DNA of 64,000 bases, taken from Octopus vulgaris (taxonomy: Eukaryota). Positions 39,296 to 52,525 of the stretch are shown here, piece after piece; position 1 is the stretch's first letter, and each line of letters opens with the position of its first letter. A model generated the notes under the pieces. It had not been told where the DNA came from and did no database searches. It was given only the letters and a program-made list of their open reading frames with translations. The stretch spans positions 72,912,001-72,976,000 of the forward strand of contig OX597825.1 in assembly GCA_951406725.2 (NCBI GenBank), in the 5' to 3' direction. The position numbers were made by a program, and so were the translations under genes.

Positions 39296-39335
<40 letters not shown>

Positions 39336-39798
39336 GATGAGATTCTTTCAGTTTCCGTCTACCAAATCCACTCACAAGGATTGGTCGGCCCGAGGCTATA
39401 GTAGAAGACACTTGCCCAAGGTGCCACGCAGTGGGACTGAACCCGGAACCATGTGGTTGGGAAGCAAGCTTCTTACCACACAACCACACCTGTGCCTAGA
39501 TTTGAAATTAATATTTCTTCGTTCATGGCAAGATTTGACTGGTATGCAGTGACCGGTGCTTTTCACTGATGAAGTCTCGTAGACCAAAATCACGTGATAT
39601 GCGAATTCCAGTGCCCATGACAGACGATTTTCGTCTGCTACAATCTCTGTGTGTGCTTTTATGGATTAATCACCTATAAAAGAGTGTCCCTGAAGACTAA
39701 TAACGCAGAATTTGGTGTTCTAACAAGGCATCCATGTTAAGTTGGATACAAAGATTACTTTTGATATATATAACACCAGCATCATTTCAGACACATTC

Positions 39799-39832
<34 letters not shown>

Positions 39833-41016
39833 CTTGTATCTTGACATCGTTCTTGGTAATTACACAATTGTCGCTGGATCTACCTCGGGAATTCCTCAGT
39901 GTACGTTGAGTATAAAATAAATGATAGAATGAAATGGAATACTGGGGAAATTTTATTGCTCACAACAACCGTTTCAACACATTCTGCATTGATCCCTCGT
40001 GGGTGGGAAACTATACATCTTGTTGTGGTGCATCCCTCGGTGCGGAAGCATTTCGTCAGGTGATGTAATAAGAGGTATCTCGTTAAATGAACTCTGTTTC
40101 GCTCGGATTTAGTATAGCATGTTGTTAGTGACCGTGGGTTTAAGTCGTTGGGCAAGAATGGCCCAACAGATTTCCACGTGGATTCTGCCAACCAAACTCA
40201 CCCAGAAGGCATTGGTAAGCACTGGGCTTTAGTAGAAGGTACTTTCTCTAAGTACCGTGCTGTGTGACTGAATCTGAAATTACATGGTTATGAACCATTT
40301 GTTGTGTTGCATCATGGGGTTTAGCTTCCCACATAACCAACAGTGGTGCAGTGAATTCATACATACATACATACATACATACATACATACATACATACAT
40401 ACATACTGAAGAGACAGTTTGCAAGGCGGGACGAGACCTGATTTTAGAGCCTGAGTTTTTAATTCTTTATTATATCGGTCTTCTTTCTATTTTTTAGGGC
40501 AAACGTCGCCAGATGTTATGAAACCCTCCTTAGCGCTCTAGCTCCCTGACAAATCCAAAGATTTAACACCCTTCTTATAGGCTCTGCTCGGAGACATTGA
40601 CTGTATTGCTTTGTAAGGCTAACAGTTTTAATTCAGCATCCAACACTGCCCCTTACACGCCAGACTGTGACTTCGTTCCTCATAGAGCGGAGTCTGCCAG
40701 TTCGTGGAAAGGTCATTTTGAAACCTGTCCCTGAAAACGACCAGTCAAACGTCTAATCATTGATTCGCTTGGAGAATCTATCGTGCTGTGAAGGGCAACA
40801 ATATGTTCATTGAATTATAATTATCGATCTTTGGTAAAAGTTTTAAAACTTCACAATCGGCGTTCGCTGTTCGGCCGTGAACTTTTCCATAATTACTCTT
40901 TCTTTATAAAATCTGTAAAAAAAAAATTAAAAGAAATTAATTTTAAAAAAATTGTTATTAAATATTGAAATCGCTTCGTGATTTCTGGCCCACCCTGCGT
41001 GTATACACACACACAC

Positions 41017-41232
41017 AGTTAATTCAAGTAACGGTGAAAAAACAAGAAAAAAACAACATCGTGAGAACGTAGAACATGTAAAGTATTAATCAGACGCTCA
41101 GAGAAAGAGAGGAGTGGTTGTTTTACGTTTCGAGTATGGCTCTTCTTCGGAAACAGGAAACATAGGAAAGTTCAAAGAAAAAGGAAGAAGGGGGGGGGGG
41201 AATCGCCAACAGACCACGTGTAGTTACATTTA
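41017..41232 (-). mobile_element. Diverged member of the same family, HHR 41120-41154
   Basis: gttt CCGAAGA a gagc-cat-actc GAAA cg TA aaac. Confidence 0.7.
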
Positions 41233-41280
41233 AATACATATACATACATACATACATACATACATACATACATACATACA

Positions 41281-41314
<34 letters not shown>

Positions 41315-41461
41315 CACACAGTATATATATATGTATATATACACAGGATGGATCAGAAGTCACGGAGATTTCAATATTTAAAAACTTTGTGTGTGTGTAT
41401 CTATGTATATATGTCATTTAATAAATGGAGTACTATTTTGTTTATCTTACCATAAGGGAAA

Positions 41462-41501
<40 letters not shown>

Positions 41502-42152
41502 AACATGTATATGTACACACACCGTATGTATACACGGTGTGTATACATATATATGTTTGCGCACACACACCATGCACATAACGAGAATTTTGTCCCATTT
41601 ATAAAGTACATCATGGTTAACAAACAATAAGCCCGTTTGGATAATTCTCAACTTCGTTTCTGCTTCAGACTTGCTGTGATTTTAATAAGGAAAAATAATG
41701 AAAACAACAAAAACTGAGGCAGTTGTCAAATTAGGAACCAAGACAGGAATCGGCTGGTCTAGAGAATAGCCAACAGTTACCAGTAACTACTCTTTGTATA
41801 TGTGTGTGTGTATGTTTGTATATGTGTATGCATGTGTGTACATATACGCACAGATATATATACTTATTATATGGATGGATTCTATGTATAAACATATACG
41901 AACACACACACACACACACACACATACACTCACACACATATAGAGAGAGAGTGTGAGTAAGAGGAGACTGGACAACTATGAGAGATAGATATAGATATGT
42001 ACGTATGCATTATATCAATGTATACACACACACACACATATATATATGTGTATATGTATATATATCTATGTATATATATATCTATCTATATCTATGTATA
42101 TATATATATATATATATAATCATGTACAAACATATCTGTACCCCTCTCTCTT

Positions 42153-42184
<32 letters not shown>

Positions 42185-42254
42185 ATATGTATATTATTTA
42201 TATATACATGTATATACATGGATCTTTTATGTATAGATAGATAGATAGATAGAT

Positions 42255-42317
<63 letters not shown>

Positions 42318-42337
42318 AAGATAGATAAATCTGTCCT

Positions 42338-42445
<108 letters not shown>

Positions 42446-42769
42446 CGCACGCTTTCATTTGGTCACAATCATCAGTGTCATATAAGACAAAACAAACGGC
42501 ACGTATCAGTTTGTTCAGCCTGTCAAAATAATAAATTCTTTTATTTTTATTTCCTTGCTTTTATATTTCTGTGACTAATTAAATTTTCTTTTCTTCCTCG
42601 TATTTTCTCTTTCGCCTTTCTTTATATTATAGCTTTCCTTTTCATTTACCTAATTGTTTTTATTAAAGTCTGATCATTCCTTTTTAGATAAACGTTTCAA
42701 TAAAACGATTGTTTTTTCCTTTTACTTTCTTACAATTTACTTTTACTATTCTTTTTCTTTCTTGCTTTC

Positions 42770-42980
42770 TTTGACTTGTTTCAGTCATTTCAGACTGCGG
42801 CCATGCTGGAGCACCGCCTTTAATCGAGCAACTCGACCCCGGGACTTATTCTTTTGTAAGCCCAGTACGTATTCTATCGGTCTCTTTTTGCCGAACCGCT
42901 AAGTAACGGGGACATAAACACACCAGCATCGGTTGTCAGGCAATGCTAGGGGGACAAACAGAGACACACAAACACACTCA

Positions 42981-43046
<66 letters not shown>

Positions 43047-43245
43047 ATCTCTTGAGCACCACCAGCAAAAATATTTTTTTCCTGTCTTCCCTTCTCGGGA
43101 TCTTTCCTTCTCCTTGTTTCCGACGAAGAGCTCCGCTCGAAACGTTAAACCCTCCTTCCCTTCTTTCCTGAGCGTCAAATAATACTTTAATTGTTCCACG
43201 TCCTCGCGTTACTGTGTTTTTTTCTGTGTTTTCTTGTTTGGATTA

Positions 43246-43313
<68 letters not shown>

Positions 43314-43715
43314 TACGGCAGGCTTTTTTCAGTTTCCGTCTATTAAATCCACTCACAAGGCGTTGGTCGGCCCGAGGCTATGGTAGAAGACACTTGCCCA
43401 AGGTGCCATGTAGTGGGACTGAACCCAGAACCATGTGGTTGGTAAACAAGCTACTTACCACACAGCCACTCCTGCGCCTATATATTCTTTTATTCTTTTA
43501 CTTGCTTCAGGCATTTGACTGCGGCCATGCTGGAGCACCGCCTTAAACGGTTTTAGTCGAAGAAATCGACCCCAAGACTTGTTCTTTGTAAGCTTCGTGC
43601 TTTTATTCCATCGGTCACTTATGCCGAATCGCTAGATTACGGGGACGTAAACACACCAGCATTGGTTTTCAAGCGATGGCAGGAATACAAACACAAACAC
43701 ACACACATAAATAAA
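42770..43715 (-). mobile_element. SINE family A (42770-43480, split by an HHR element) plus partial copy (43485-43715)
   Basis: Reverse-complement homology to 8528-8950. Confidence 0.85.
43045..43250 (+). mobile_element. Short HHR element, CCGACGA family (motif 43116-43150), in the SINE (TA)n tract
   Basis: gttt CCGACGA a gagc-tcc-gctc GAAA cg TT aaac. Confidence 0.8.
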
Positions 43716-44190
43716 TATATCACCGTCAACGTCACCGTGACCGATCAGGCTATCAGATGTTGCTACACATCGCTGGTCACAATGCGCTTCGCATTGCTTT
43801 AGCCTTCAAATGACGCCACCCCGCTGGCTAAGCGAGCAGGCCAACAGAAGAAAGAGTGAGAGAAAGTTGCGGCGAAAGAGTACAGCAGAGATCGCCCCCC
43901 CCCCCCCTGCTGGAGCCTCGTGGAGCTTTTAGGTGTTTTCACTCAATAAACACTCACAACGCATTTGTCCGGCATGCTAACAATTCGGTCAGGTTACTGT
44001 CTTATGTACAAATATAATAACAATCATTATTATTATACGTGTGTTTGTTCTGATATCAAGATTGGTGAAAATCGACCTTGTTTGTAAAAAATTTTGTACC
44101 TGTGTTTGCACCCTGTAAGCACACTTCATTCCCGTACTTATGGTAAGTTGCAGTCTCATAAGCTTACTGTCTCAAAGCAGATTATCCTAA

Positions 44191-44407
44191 CCCTTTCGTT
44201 ACTGCATTTATTTTGAGATGCTCTGTGTTTTTTTCAATTGCTATAAATATAACAATTTAGTAAAATAACTTAGTTATCATTCAGCTAGTATTAGGAACAT
44301 AAATTGTAACTAAGGTTTGGTGGAAGATTTTAATTCAAAACTTATGAAAACAAGACCTTTGTACTACAAAGCCAGAGCTGGTTTCAACCAGATTGGTAAC
44401 AAAAGGG
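44191..44407 (+). mobile_element. piggyBac-type MITE
   Basis: ccctttcgttac...gtaacaaaaggg with CTAA duplicated on both sides. Confidence 0.78.
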
Positions 44408-44652
44408 CTAAGCAATTGATTCTCTTTGGAAATTGCTGCCTCGTGTCGTATCAAAATGTGATCAATTCTTCCAGATCTTAACAGTATGATACACAGAATT
44501 TAACTTTATTGGAAATTTCTGAACTGTGTGGTTATGATGGTTGCTTTGCAACCACATAGATTTGAGTTTAGTCCCATGCATGGCACCTTAGGCAAATATC
44601 TTCTACTATAGCCCAGGCCTTGTGAGTGAAAGAAAGAAACCTGTCATCTATA

Positions 44653-44890
44653 TGACGGGAAGCTTTACGAAAATAAACAAAAGACGAAGGCAGATGGAGT
44701 ACAAACAAAACAAATGTATTAGTATGGCGCTCAGGAATAGAAATAGAACAAGTCTTTTACGTTTCGAGCCTACGCTCTTCAACAGAAAGATACACAGAAA
44801 AAAAAACAGGGAGAGAATCAAGGAGATAAAAAATGCGTGTAGGAGCTGAAGATCTATCATGGCGTCTTGACTTCGGACAGCGGTCATCTA
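44653..44890 (-). mobile_element. Short HHR-like element, A6U family (motif 44753-44790), inside a degenerate SINE
   Basis: tcttt CTGTTGA a gagc-gtag-gctc GAAA cg TA aaaga. Confidence 0.75.
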
Positions 44891-45966
44891 TATGCATGTG
44901 TGTTCCCATCCACTGCTGCTTGACAATTGGAGTTGGTTTGTTTACCTCCCCACAACATAGCAGTTCAATAAAAGAGACCGATAGAATAAGTACCAGACTT
45001 ATAAAATTAAACTCTGGGTTTATTTGTTCAATTAAATCCTTCAAGGCAATACCCCAGTATGGCAAACGTCCATTGACTGTAACAAATAAAAGATAAAAGA
45101 TATGAGACTTTCCATTCTAATTATGGGAACCACGACTATTTTTTTGAGAAAAAATGTAAAATTACAAGCCATTAAAAATCGATGTATTTTGTACTTTTAG
45201 CCAATGATATCTATTTATTCTCTCCACACCCTGACAATGTTATGAAAAGTGCCATGTTTTTTTAACATATGTTTTGACTTTCTAGATTACATTGTTACGA
45301 AAATACAAAGAAATTACGAATAAAAATGTTACAAAACCTTCAAAACATTTAAGGATTTTGTTAAATTTCAACCGACCTCTTGAAACATATCAAATTTTCA
45401 TCTGATTGTTTCCAAATTTTCTACACTGTTGTACTTTTGCATGCTGATAACGAAAATCACATTCATTTTATTTTTCTAGAAATTAATAATGAAGAAGTTA
45501 CAAGCTTTTAAATATATGTCAAGCCAATCAAAAGCCTCCGTTGCTGATATATCGGAAGTCGCCAAGAGGATCAGTACACACAACGAATACAAAACCTTTA
45601 TGTGGTCTCTCAACTTGCTAGAAATGGCAATCAAAATTTCTTTGAACTACACCATAGCGTCTAGAAAGCGTAAAGATCTCCACATATAGTGTAGTTGGAG
45701 GCAGACTGTTTCTGAAAACACGAGGAAATTGGTTTGACTGCCATTGATCACAAATCTACTTGATCAAGGACTGATCTTTCATTCATAATTAGAACACCAA
45801 TGTATCGTAATGTCCTAAATTCACAACCACACTAAATATGCCTCATATGCAGTTATAAATACATTGTATTATGAAGAGAGATACCCTCAATCATAGAGCT
45901 AAGGTAACTGCAAATAACAAACACATAACTCAATGTGTGTGAGTGTAGAACTTATTATATCAAATA

Positions 45967-46442
45967 CTGTAAATCCTCAAGTATAGTCTGCCCTTGAGTA
46001 AAATACGCAGGGGATTTTTAGGAGGCTGTACCTCTGAAAAACCTAAACCTCAAGGACGTCTATATAACGTCCTTGGTTTGTAAAAATGTATACGGTAACG
46101 TCCTTTATTATTATTGTATATATAACATAATGCAAACGTGTAGCATTTTTGTGCATTTGTTGCAGAAAATAAAGAAATAACAGTAATAACGTTTAATAAA
46201 TGTTGCTTATTGCAAGTTATAGATGATTCTTTTATGACTTCATGGCTTTCAGGCTTAGCTTAAGGTATTTCAACACCCGACATCACAAAATGCAGCTGAA
46301 TAAACATAACCAGACAGCAAATAGAGACTCGGACATTGCTTAGAAAATAATTTTTATTTTTAACCTCGTATATAGTACGCACTAGGGATTTTGACCTTTA
46401 AATTTTGGGGAAAAAATTCGGATTATACTCAAGGATTTACAG
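45967..46442. mobile_element. Tc1/mariner-superfamily (pogo/Tc2-like) MITE
   Basis: TA-ctgtaaatcctcaagtata...tatactcaaggatttacag-TA. Confidence 0.75.
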
Positions 46443-48144
46443 TACTATAAAAATGTGTGTGTGTGTGTATGTGTTTATGCTTACACTGGTGTGAAAAAAA
46501 CATTTTCTTTAATTGAATTCTTTTTTAAAAACATTCACGGTTCTGTAATTTTTGTTAATGGAAGTTTCCAATTGGCTAAAATTACATAACTTTAAATGCT
46601 TGTTACTTCTTTATTAATTTCTCAAAAAACCCCTAAAACAGATGAATGTGATTTTTCATCATAAGCTTGCAAAAGTACATCAAGACTACATATTTTTTTT
46701 TGAAAATGTTCAAATGCAAATTTGAAATACTTCAAGCGTTTTGAAGAAATTTAACCAAAATATTTAATAAAGGAAAATTGAAGAAAAACAACAATTTAGC
46801 ATTTATAATGACATTTTGATGATTCATAACCCTAACTTTAATCCTAGCCCTAAATCCGAAACCTAAACCTTAACCCTAATCTTAAACCCCAGATGGCTTC
46901 CGTTTGTTGTGGAAACATACAAATAACAATTTGTAGATTTTTCATGGGTTGAAGATAGATGGATCTGGCCGATTAAAATAACCAAACAAAAAAAAAAATA
47001 ATCATTAAAGTTATGCAGCTACTTAGACATCCATCTGTAATAATACTGCATTAGCTGCAGGATAATTTTTGCCTACACTTAACAATAAAACATACACATC
47101 TTATATCGTATGAAGCAAGTAGTAAATATCGTATGAAGCAAGCGTATATTCACACATTGCCTGTCTGCCTTTAAATATTCAAATATCAGCTCGTATGCTG
47201 TTTTCTACAAGTGGTTACATGATGGTTAAGTTCTAGCTTTGTGTGGGCCATTATCCCATCATGTAACAGACCATTCGTTGGAGCCCACCATCAGCTTTAA
47301 AAAGAGAAGCCTTTCCCGCTATTCTTTAGTGAGATGGGTTGCGCGGTTGAGTTCGGATCTCTGAAGAGAGGAAGTTTATTTTGCAGATGGTCTTGATGTA
47401 TTATGTCCTTTTGCTGTCTTCCAGCAGAAGCCATGTCACATATGTGTTTTCTGTTCTGTCCATGAGAAACCATGTGTATATTTTCTTACAGTATCATTCA
47501 AAATGTATTCCAGCAATTTTGTCCTGTTTTTTCATTTTGCTGTATCTACACTCATATATATTGGAATTCAAAACAGCTTAATCCATCAGCCACCCTCGTT
47601 AAACGTATATACATTTCATGTTGCATAGCATCCCTGTGTATTTTTTCTCTTTTCAAAGAAAATATTTCTCACAGCATTCACTATTTCCCCCTCATTCCGG
47701 TCTAATGACCCTCCATGTTTGTTTTCAATCGGTTTCTTTGTATGTCTCCAATGTCCTGTTTTTGTTCCCAACTTTGACCCTCCATAAAATTCAAAATTTT
47801 ATTTGGGAAGTTATGGGAACAACTCTCATCGAAGACTCATATTGTCATTGAATGCTCGAAATGAGGAGTAGATAGACAGCCAACAACTGATGAAGGGTCG
47901 TTCTTTGTGTTACTTGTCCTATTTTCCATTTTTCTCTCATTGTTTGCATATTTAACTCGTTCGTTTTCTAACTTCATGTTGTTTACAGTTGGTGATGTAC
48001 TATACCCACATATATATATATACATGTATATATGTGTGTATATATATGTGTTTGTGTGTGTGTGTGTCTGTGTATATGTATGCATATATATGTATATTAT
48101 TTATATTATTATTCAATTGAATGCCATGCCTCCATTTCCAAGTA

Positions 48145-48195
<51 letters not shown>

Positions 48196-48197
<2 letters not shown>

Positions 48198-48332
48198 CCT
48201 TGCCCCCTGGTCCTATGTATTCTGATTGTAGTCTGCTTGTGGGCCGGTTGCAGAATGCTTGAAAATTATCAACATTGAACTGCATGTTATTTTCATCAAC
48301 CCATTCATATATTGACTGCAAGTCATTTTTCA
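48196..48332 (-). pseudogene. CR1/L2-type LINE RT fragment
   Basis: DLQSIYEWVDENNMQFNVDNF matches the post-FADD DL..I..W...N.M.FN..K motif. Confidence 0.7.
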
Positions 48333-48336
48333 TGCA

Positions 48337-48528
48337 TGCCATGATAGATCGTTAGCTCCTACACGCATTTCTCTCCTTGTTTTTTTCTGTGTATCTTTCT
48401 GTCGAAGAGCGTAGGCTCGAAACGTAAAATACTTTTTTCTATTTCTATTCATGAGCGCTATACTAATACATTTGTTTGTTTGTACTCCACCTGCCTTCGT
48501 CTTTTGCTTATTTTCGTAAACTTTCCCG

Positions 48529-48530
<2 letters not shown>
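48337..48530 (+). mobile_element. Short HHR-like element, A6U family (motif 48394-48431)
   Basis: tcttt CTGTCGA a gagc-gtag-gctc GAAA cg TA aaata; followed by (TA)n. Confidence 0.75.
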
Positions 48531-48567
<37 letters not shown>

Positions 48568-48572
<5 letters not shown>

Positions 48573-48708
48573 CATTATTGGTGAATTGAAGAAATGGAGC
48601 TGAACGCAGATTGAACAGAAATCGTTTTATTTCATTCTACATGAAATAAAACGATTTCTGTTCAATCTGCGTTCAGCTCCATTTCTTCAATTCACCAATA
48701 ATGTTCTA
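48568..48708. repeat. Perfect 68-bp inverted repeat with 5-nt loop, start of a (TA)n-flanked insert running to ~48858
   Basis: 48568-48635 is the exact reverse complement of 48641-48708. Confidence 0.9.
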
Positions 48709-48858
48709 ATTTCAATTATCCGCACCAACGCACGGTTGCAACACCATATGGTTGTACCTCCAACCGTGCTGTTTTACTGCTGTGATTTTTGCTACTAAGG
48801 TATCGGTTAAACTTTTGATTAATCTACTACAAGATTATTCATCTTTCTATTTCACATA

Positions 48859-48899
<41 letters not shown>

Positions 48900-48903
48900 T
48901 ACA

Positions 48904-49190
48904 TACATGCGTATATGGTAAGTGTACGTCACCAACGGTGCAAATAACATGAAATACGTAAACAAGAAACAAAACGGAAAATAGGACATGTTAACACAGA
49001 GAAAGGGCCCTTCGTCAGTTGTCAGCTGCCTATCTACGCCTCATTTCGAGCATTAGGAGTATATAAACAGCCGACAATTAATGGAGGGTCCTTTCTCTGT
49101 GTTAACTGGTCCTTCACCTAGTTTGTTTGTTTACGTATTTCATGTTATTTGCAGCGTTGGTGACGTCCTGTACTCATATATGCATGTATA
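48904..49190. repeat. Diverged inverted pair of a short repeat family (further copy at ~47850-48010)
   Basis: 48904-49010 vs 49085-49190 are imperfect reverse complements; microsatellite flanks. Confidence 0.65.
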
Positions 49191-49196
49191 TATGTA

Positions 49197-49246
<50 letters not shown>

Positions 49247-49349
49247 TTTATTACCTATTTAATTGAACGCGACGCATCCATTCCCAAGTGTGTATGTATA
49301 TATGTATGTGTGTGTATATATATATATATATGGTAGGGTGCAATATATA

Positions 49350-49388
<39 letters not shown>

Positions 49389-49992
49389 CACTTAATCCAA
49401 ATATAAACGTACTTCCAGACAAGCCACGTTCAAATCAGATAAAAAAAAAATTAAATTGTAATTCTGTACAAACGACAAAAATGTTTATTCAGACGATAAA
49501 CATTATTACGATTAATATTCACATACTTGTGAAGAGATTATTGAATGAATTTCAACACCAAACAAAACCATTTTTCATAGTAATTTCTTTCTAATTCAAA
49601 CCAGAGAATTAGGGATATTATATTCTTTTATTTTACATGATACAGGTGAGAAAAAGCCTCAAAATTGATTGTAGTCATTCAATAGCCATTTGCATTGGCG
49701 TCTTATCGTCTGCCTTTATGGAAACGCCAGGTCAATGGAGATCACCGTTTAAACTGGGCTACAACTGTGACAATCAATCAAACGGCTGCTTGCTTGCTTG
49801 CATGTGCTTTTTATATTATTATATGTTAATTTTGATTACATATGGGTGTGTGTATGTATAAATGTATGTGTGTGTGTGTATATATATATATATGTATATA
49901 TATATGTATATATATATATATATATACACACATGCATATAGTGTATGCATGTATACATAGATGTATGGACACACACACAGACACACACACGC

Positions 49993-50027
<35 letters not shown>

Positions 50028-50218
50028 CATACATATGAATGTGTATACAAATATATTATGTATATATATATATATGTGGATTAACATATATGTTTAAGTG
50101 TGTGTATATATATGTATATATATATCACACACACATATATATTGCATAAATATGGATACATCTATATCTTATGTAAATATATTTACATAAGTGTGTGTGT
50201 GTAGAACGATATAAGCAA

Positions 50219-50303
<85 letters not shown>

Positions 50304-50328
50304 TATATATACATACACACATATATAT

Positions 50329-50406
<78 letters not shown>

Positions 50407-50690
50407 CGCATATGTGTGTATATATCAGGACAGTCAAGTATTAATCAAAATTCATTTCTGGTAATTATGGGGAAAAGTTCCCTTTAATGATATTTTTAAA
50501 ATATCAAATTATTTCGTTTCTTTTTTTTTTTAATTCCACTCCCTCCACCCTCGGTATTTCTATGTTCCGCTTGAAAATTAAAAGGATTTATATATAATGT
50601 ACTTTATGTATTTGACATGTGCCGTGAGAGAAATTTATTTTATTTTACAACTACTACTACTACTAGTACTACTACAACCACCACCAGCAT

Positions 50691-50740
<50 letters not shown>

Positions 50741-50888
50741 ACTTGGGATATTAGGTCATTAGATTAGTCAATCAAATTGATCCAGTAGTCGACTGGTATT
50801 CTATTTTATCGTTCTCCTTGCAAAAAATTATGGATGAGCGGTAAATTTGACCTCGGCAGGATTTGAACTTGGATGTAAAGAACGGGAA

Positions 50889-51312
50889 GAGTGGCTGTGT
50901 GGTAAGTAGCTTGCTAACCAACCACATGGTTCAGGGTTCAGTCCCACTGCGTGGCATCTTGGGCAAGTGTCTTCTACTATAGCCTCGGGCCGACCAATGC
51001 CTTGTGAGTGGATTTGGTAGACGGAAACTGAAGGAAGCCTGTCGTATAATATGTATATATATATATATGTTTGTATGTATGTGTGTATGTTTGTGTGTCT
51101 GTGTTTGTCCCCCCTAGCATTGCTTGACAACCGATGCTGGTGTGTTTACGTCCCCGTCACTTAGCGGTTCGGAAAAAAGAGACCGATAGAATAAGTACTG
51201 GGCTTACAAAAGAATAAGTCCCGGGGTCGATGTGCTCGACTAAAGGCGGTGCTCCAGCATGGCCGCAGTCAAATGACTGAAACAAGTAAAAGAGTAAAAG
51301 AGTAAGAGTAAG
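50889..51312 (+). mobile_element. SINE family A
   Basis: Homology to 8528-8950. Confidence 0.9.
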
Positions 51313-51659
51313 ACGTTTTGTCCAATGCTCCAATGATTCTGCCATGCCATTGCTCTTAATAATTTTTTACATTGGCATAAGGCCAGGTATTTATTTTACT
51401 GACCCCCGACTGTAGGCTGAAAATGCACAGTTGATCTTGGTGGTATTTGAACACAGTATGTAAAGCATTGTAACTAAACTACTGCAAAGCAGTTTGATCT
51501 CCACTAACGATTACTTCTTAGAGATAACCTTAACAATTCACTTATTTAGGTGACCGGTAATAAAGCCAAAATTTTGGTTAGGAAAAAAGTCACAGCTATA
51601 TTTATGGTGGCCGGTAATAAATAAAGTCACAAGAAATTTATGGTATTCGAACAGTACTC

Positions 51660-52072
51660 GGATCTTTTCGGTTTGAACGGCAGTTTTTAACATAATTTCT
51701 AGGTAACTAAAAAATTTTAAACTTTGTATACTGGTAGAATGTGTTTATAAAACATCTTTTCTCTTGGCTTTATTGAGAAAATTCTATAGTTTATAAGATA
51801 TTTGTTTTTTTTCTTCAATTTCTGTAATTTCAACCAATCGATGACGTCCATTGAGGTAAAAAAACATTCTGTGCCGTATGAATATGTCCCTCGTTTAAGA
51901 AACAGATTGGGTTTATTTACATTTGTGAAGAAAAAAATATACCCTTCCCCCACCCCTAACCCTAACCCTAAAACAGATTGAAATGCAATAAATTGATAAT
52001 AGGGTCATAATTATGGGTAACAATTTCATATGACACCCCCAGAAAAAACTGCCGTTCAAACCGAAAAGATCC
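51660..52072 (+). mobile_element. Third copy of the same MITE
   Basis: Both TIRs present; perfect TSD cagtactc. Confidence 0.85.
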
Positions 52073-52124
52073 CAGTACTCCGCTAGCAAAAAACCCCTCT
52101 TGGACAACCCCCAGACAAAACCAC

Positions 52125-52359
52125 TACTCTTTTACTCTTTTACTTGTTTCAGTCATTTGACTGTGGCCATGCTGGAGCACCGCATTTAGTCGAGCAAATC
52201 GACCCCAGGACTTATTCTTTTGTCAGCCTAGTACTTATTCTATCAGTCTCTTTTGCTGAACTGTTAAATTACGGAGACGCAAACACGCGACCATTGGTTG
52301 TCAAGCGATGTTGGGGGACAAACACAGACACACAAACGTATACACACACATACAAACAT

Positions 52360-52400
<41 letters not shown>

Positions 52401-52525
52401 CGATGGGCTTCTTTCAGTTTCCGTCTACCAAATCCACTCCCAAGGCTTTGGTCAGCCCAAGGCTATAGTAGAAGACACTTGCCCAAGGTTCCATGCAGTG
52501 GGAATGAACCCGGAACTATGTGGCT
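52125..52525 (-). mobile_element. SINE family A
   Basis: Reverse-complement homology. Confidence 0.88.

Larger units (their letters stand above)
37348..39301. mobile_element. Non-coding 533-bp HHR-containing tandem array (~2.7 units) followed by one inverted 528-bp unit; retrozyme/non-autonomous PLE-like
   Basis: Units start at 37348, 37881 and 38414 and are nearly identical. Inversion junction at ~38774. Flanked by (TA)n inside a split minus-strand SINE. Confidence 0.92.
37141..39497 (-). mobile_element. SINE family A split by the 533-bp HHR array
   Basis: Tail/body 37141-37347, head 39335-39497. Confidence 0.85.

Noticed and set aside
47170-47820. Degraded LINE endonuclease region
   Set aside because: No continuous frame or unambiguous motif could be read by eye.
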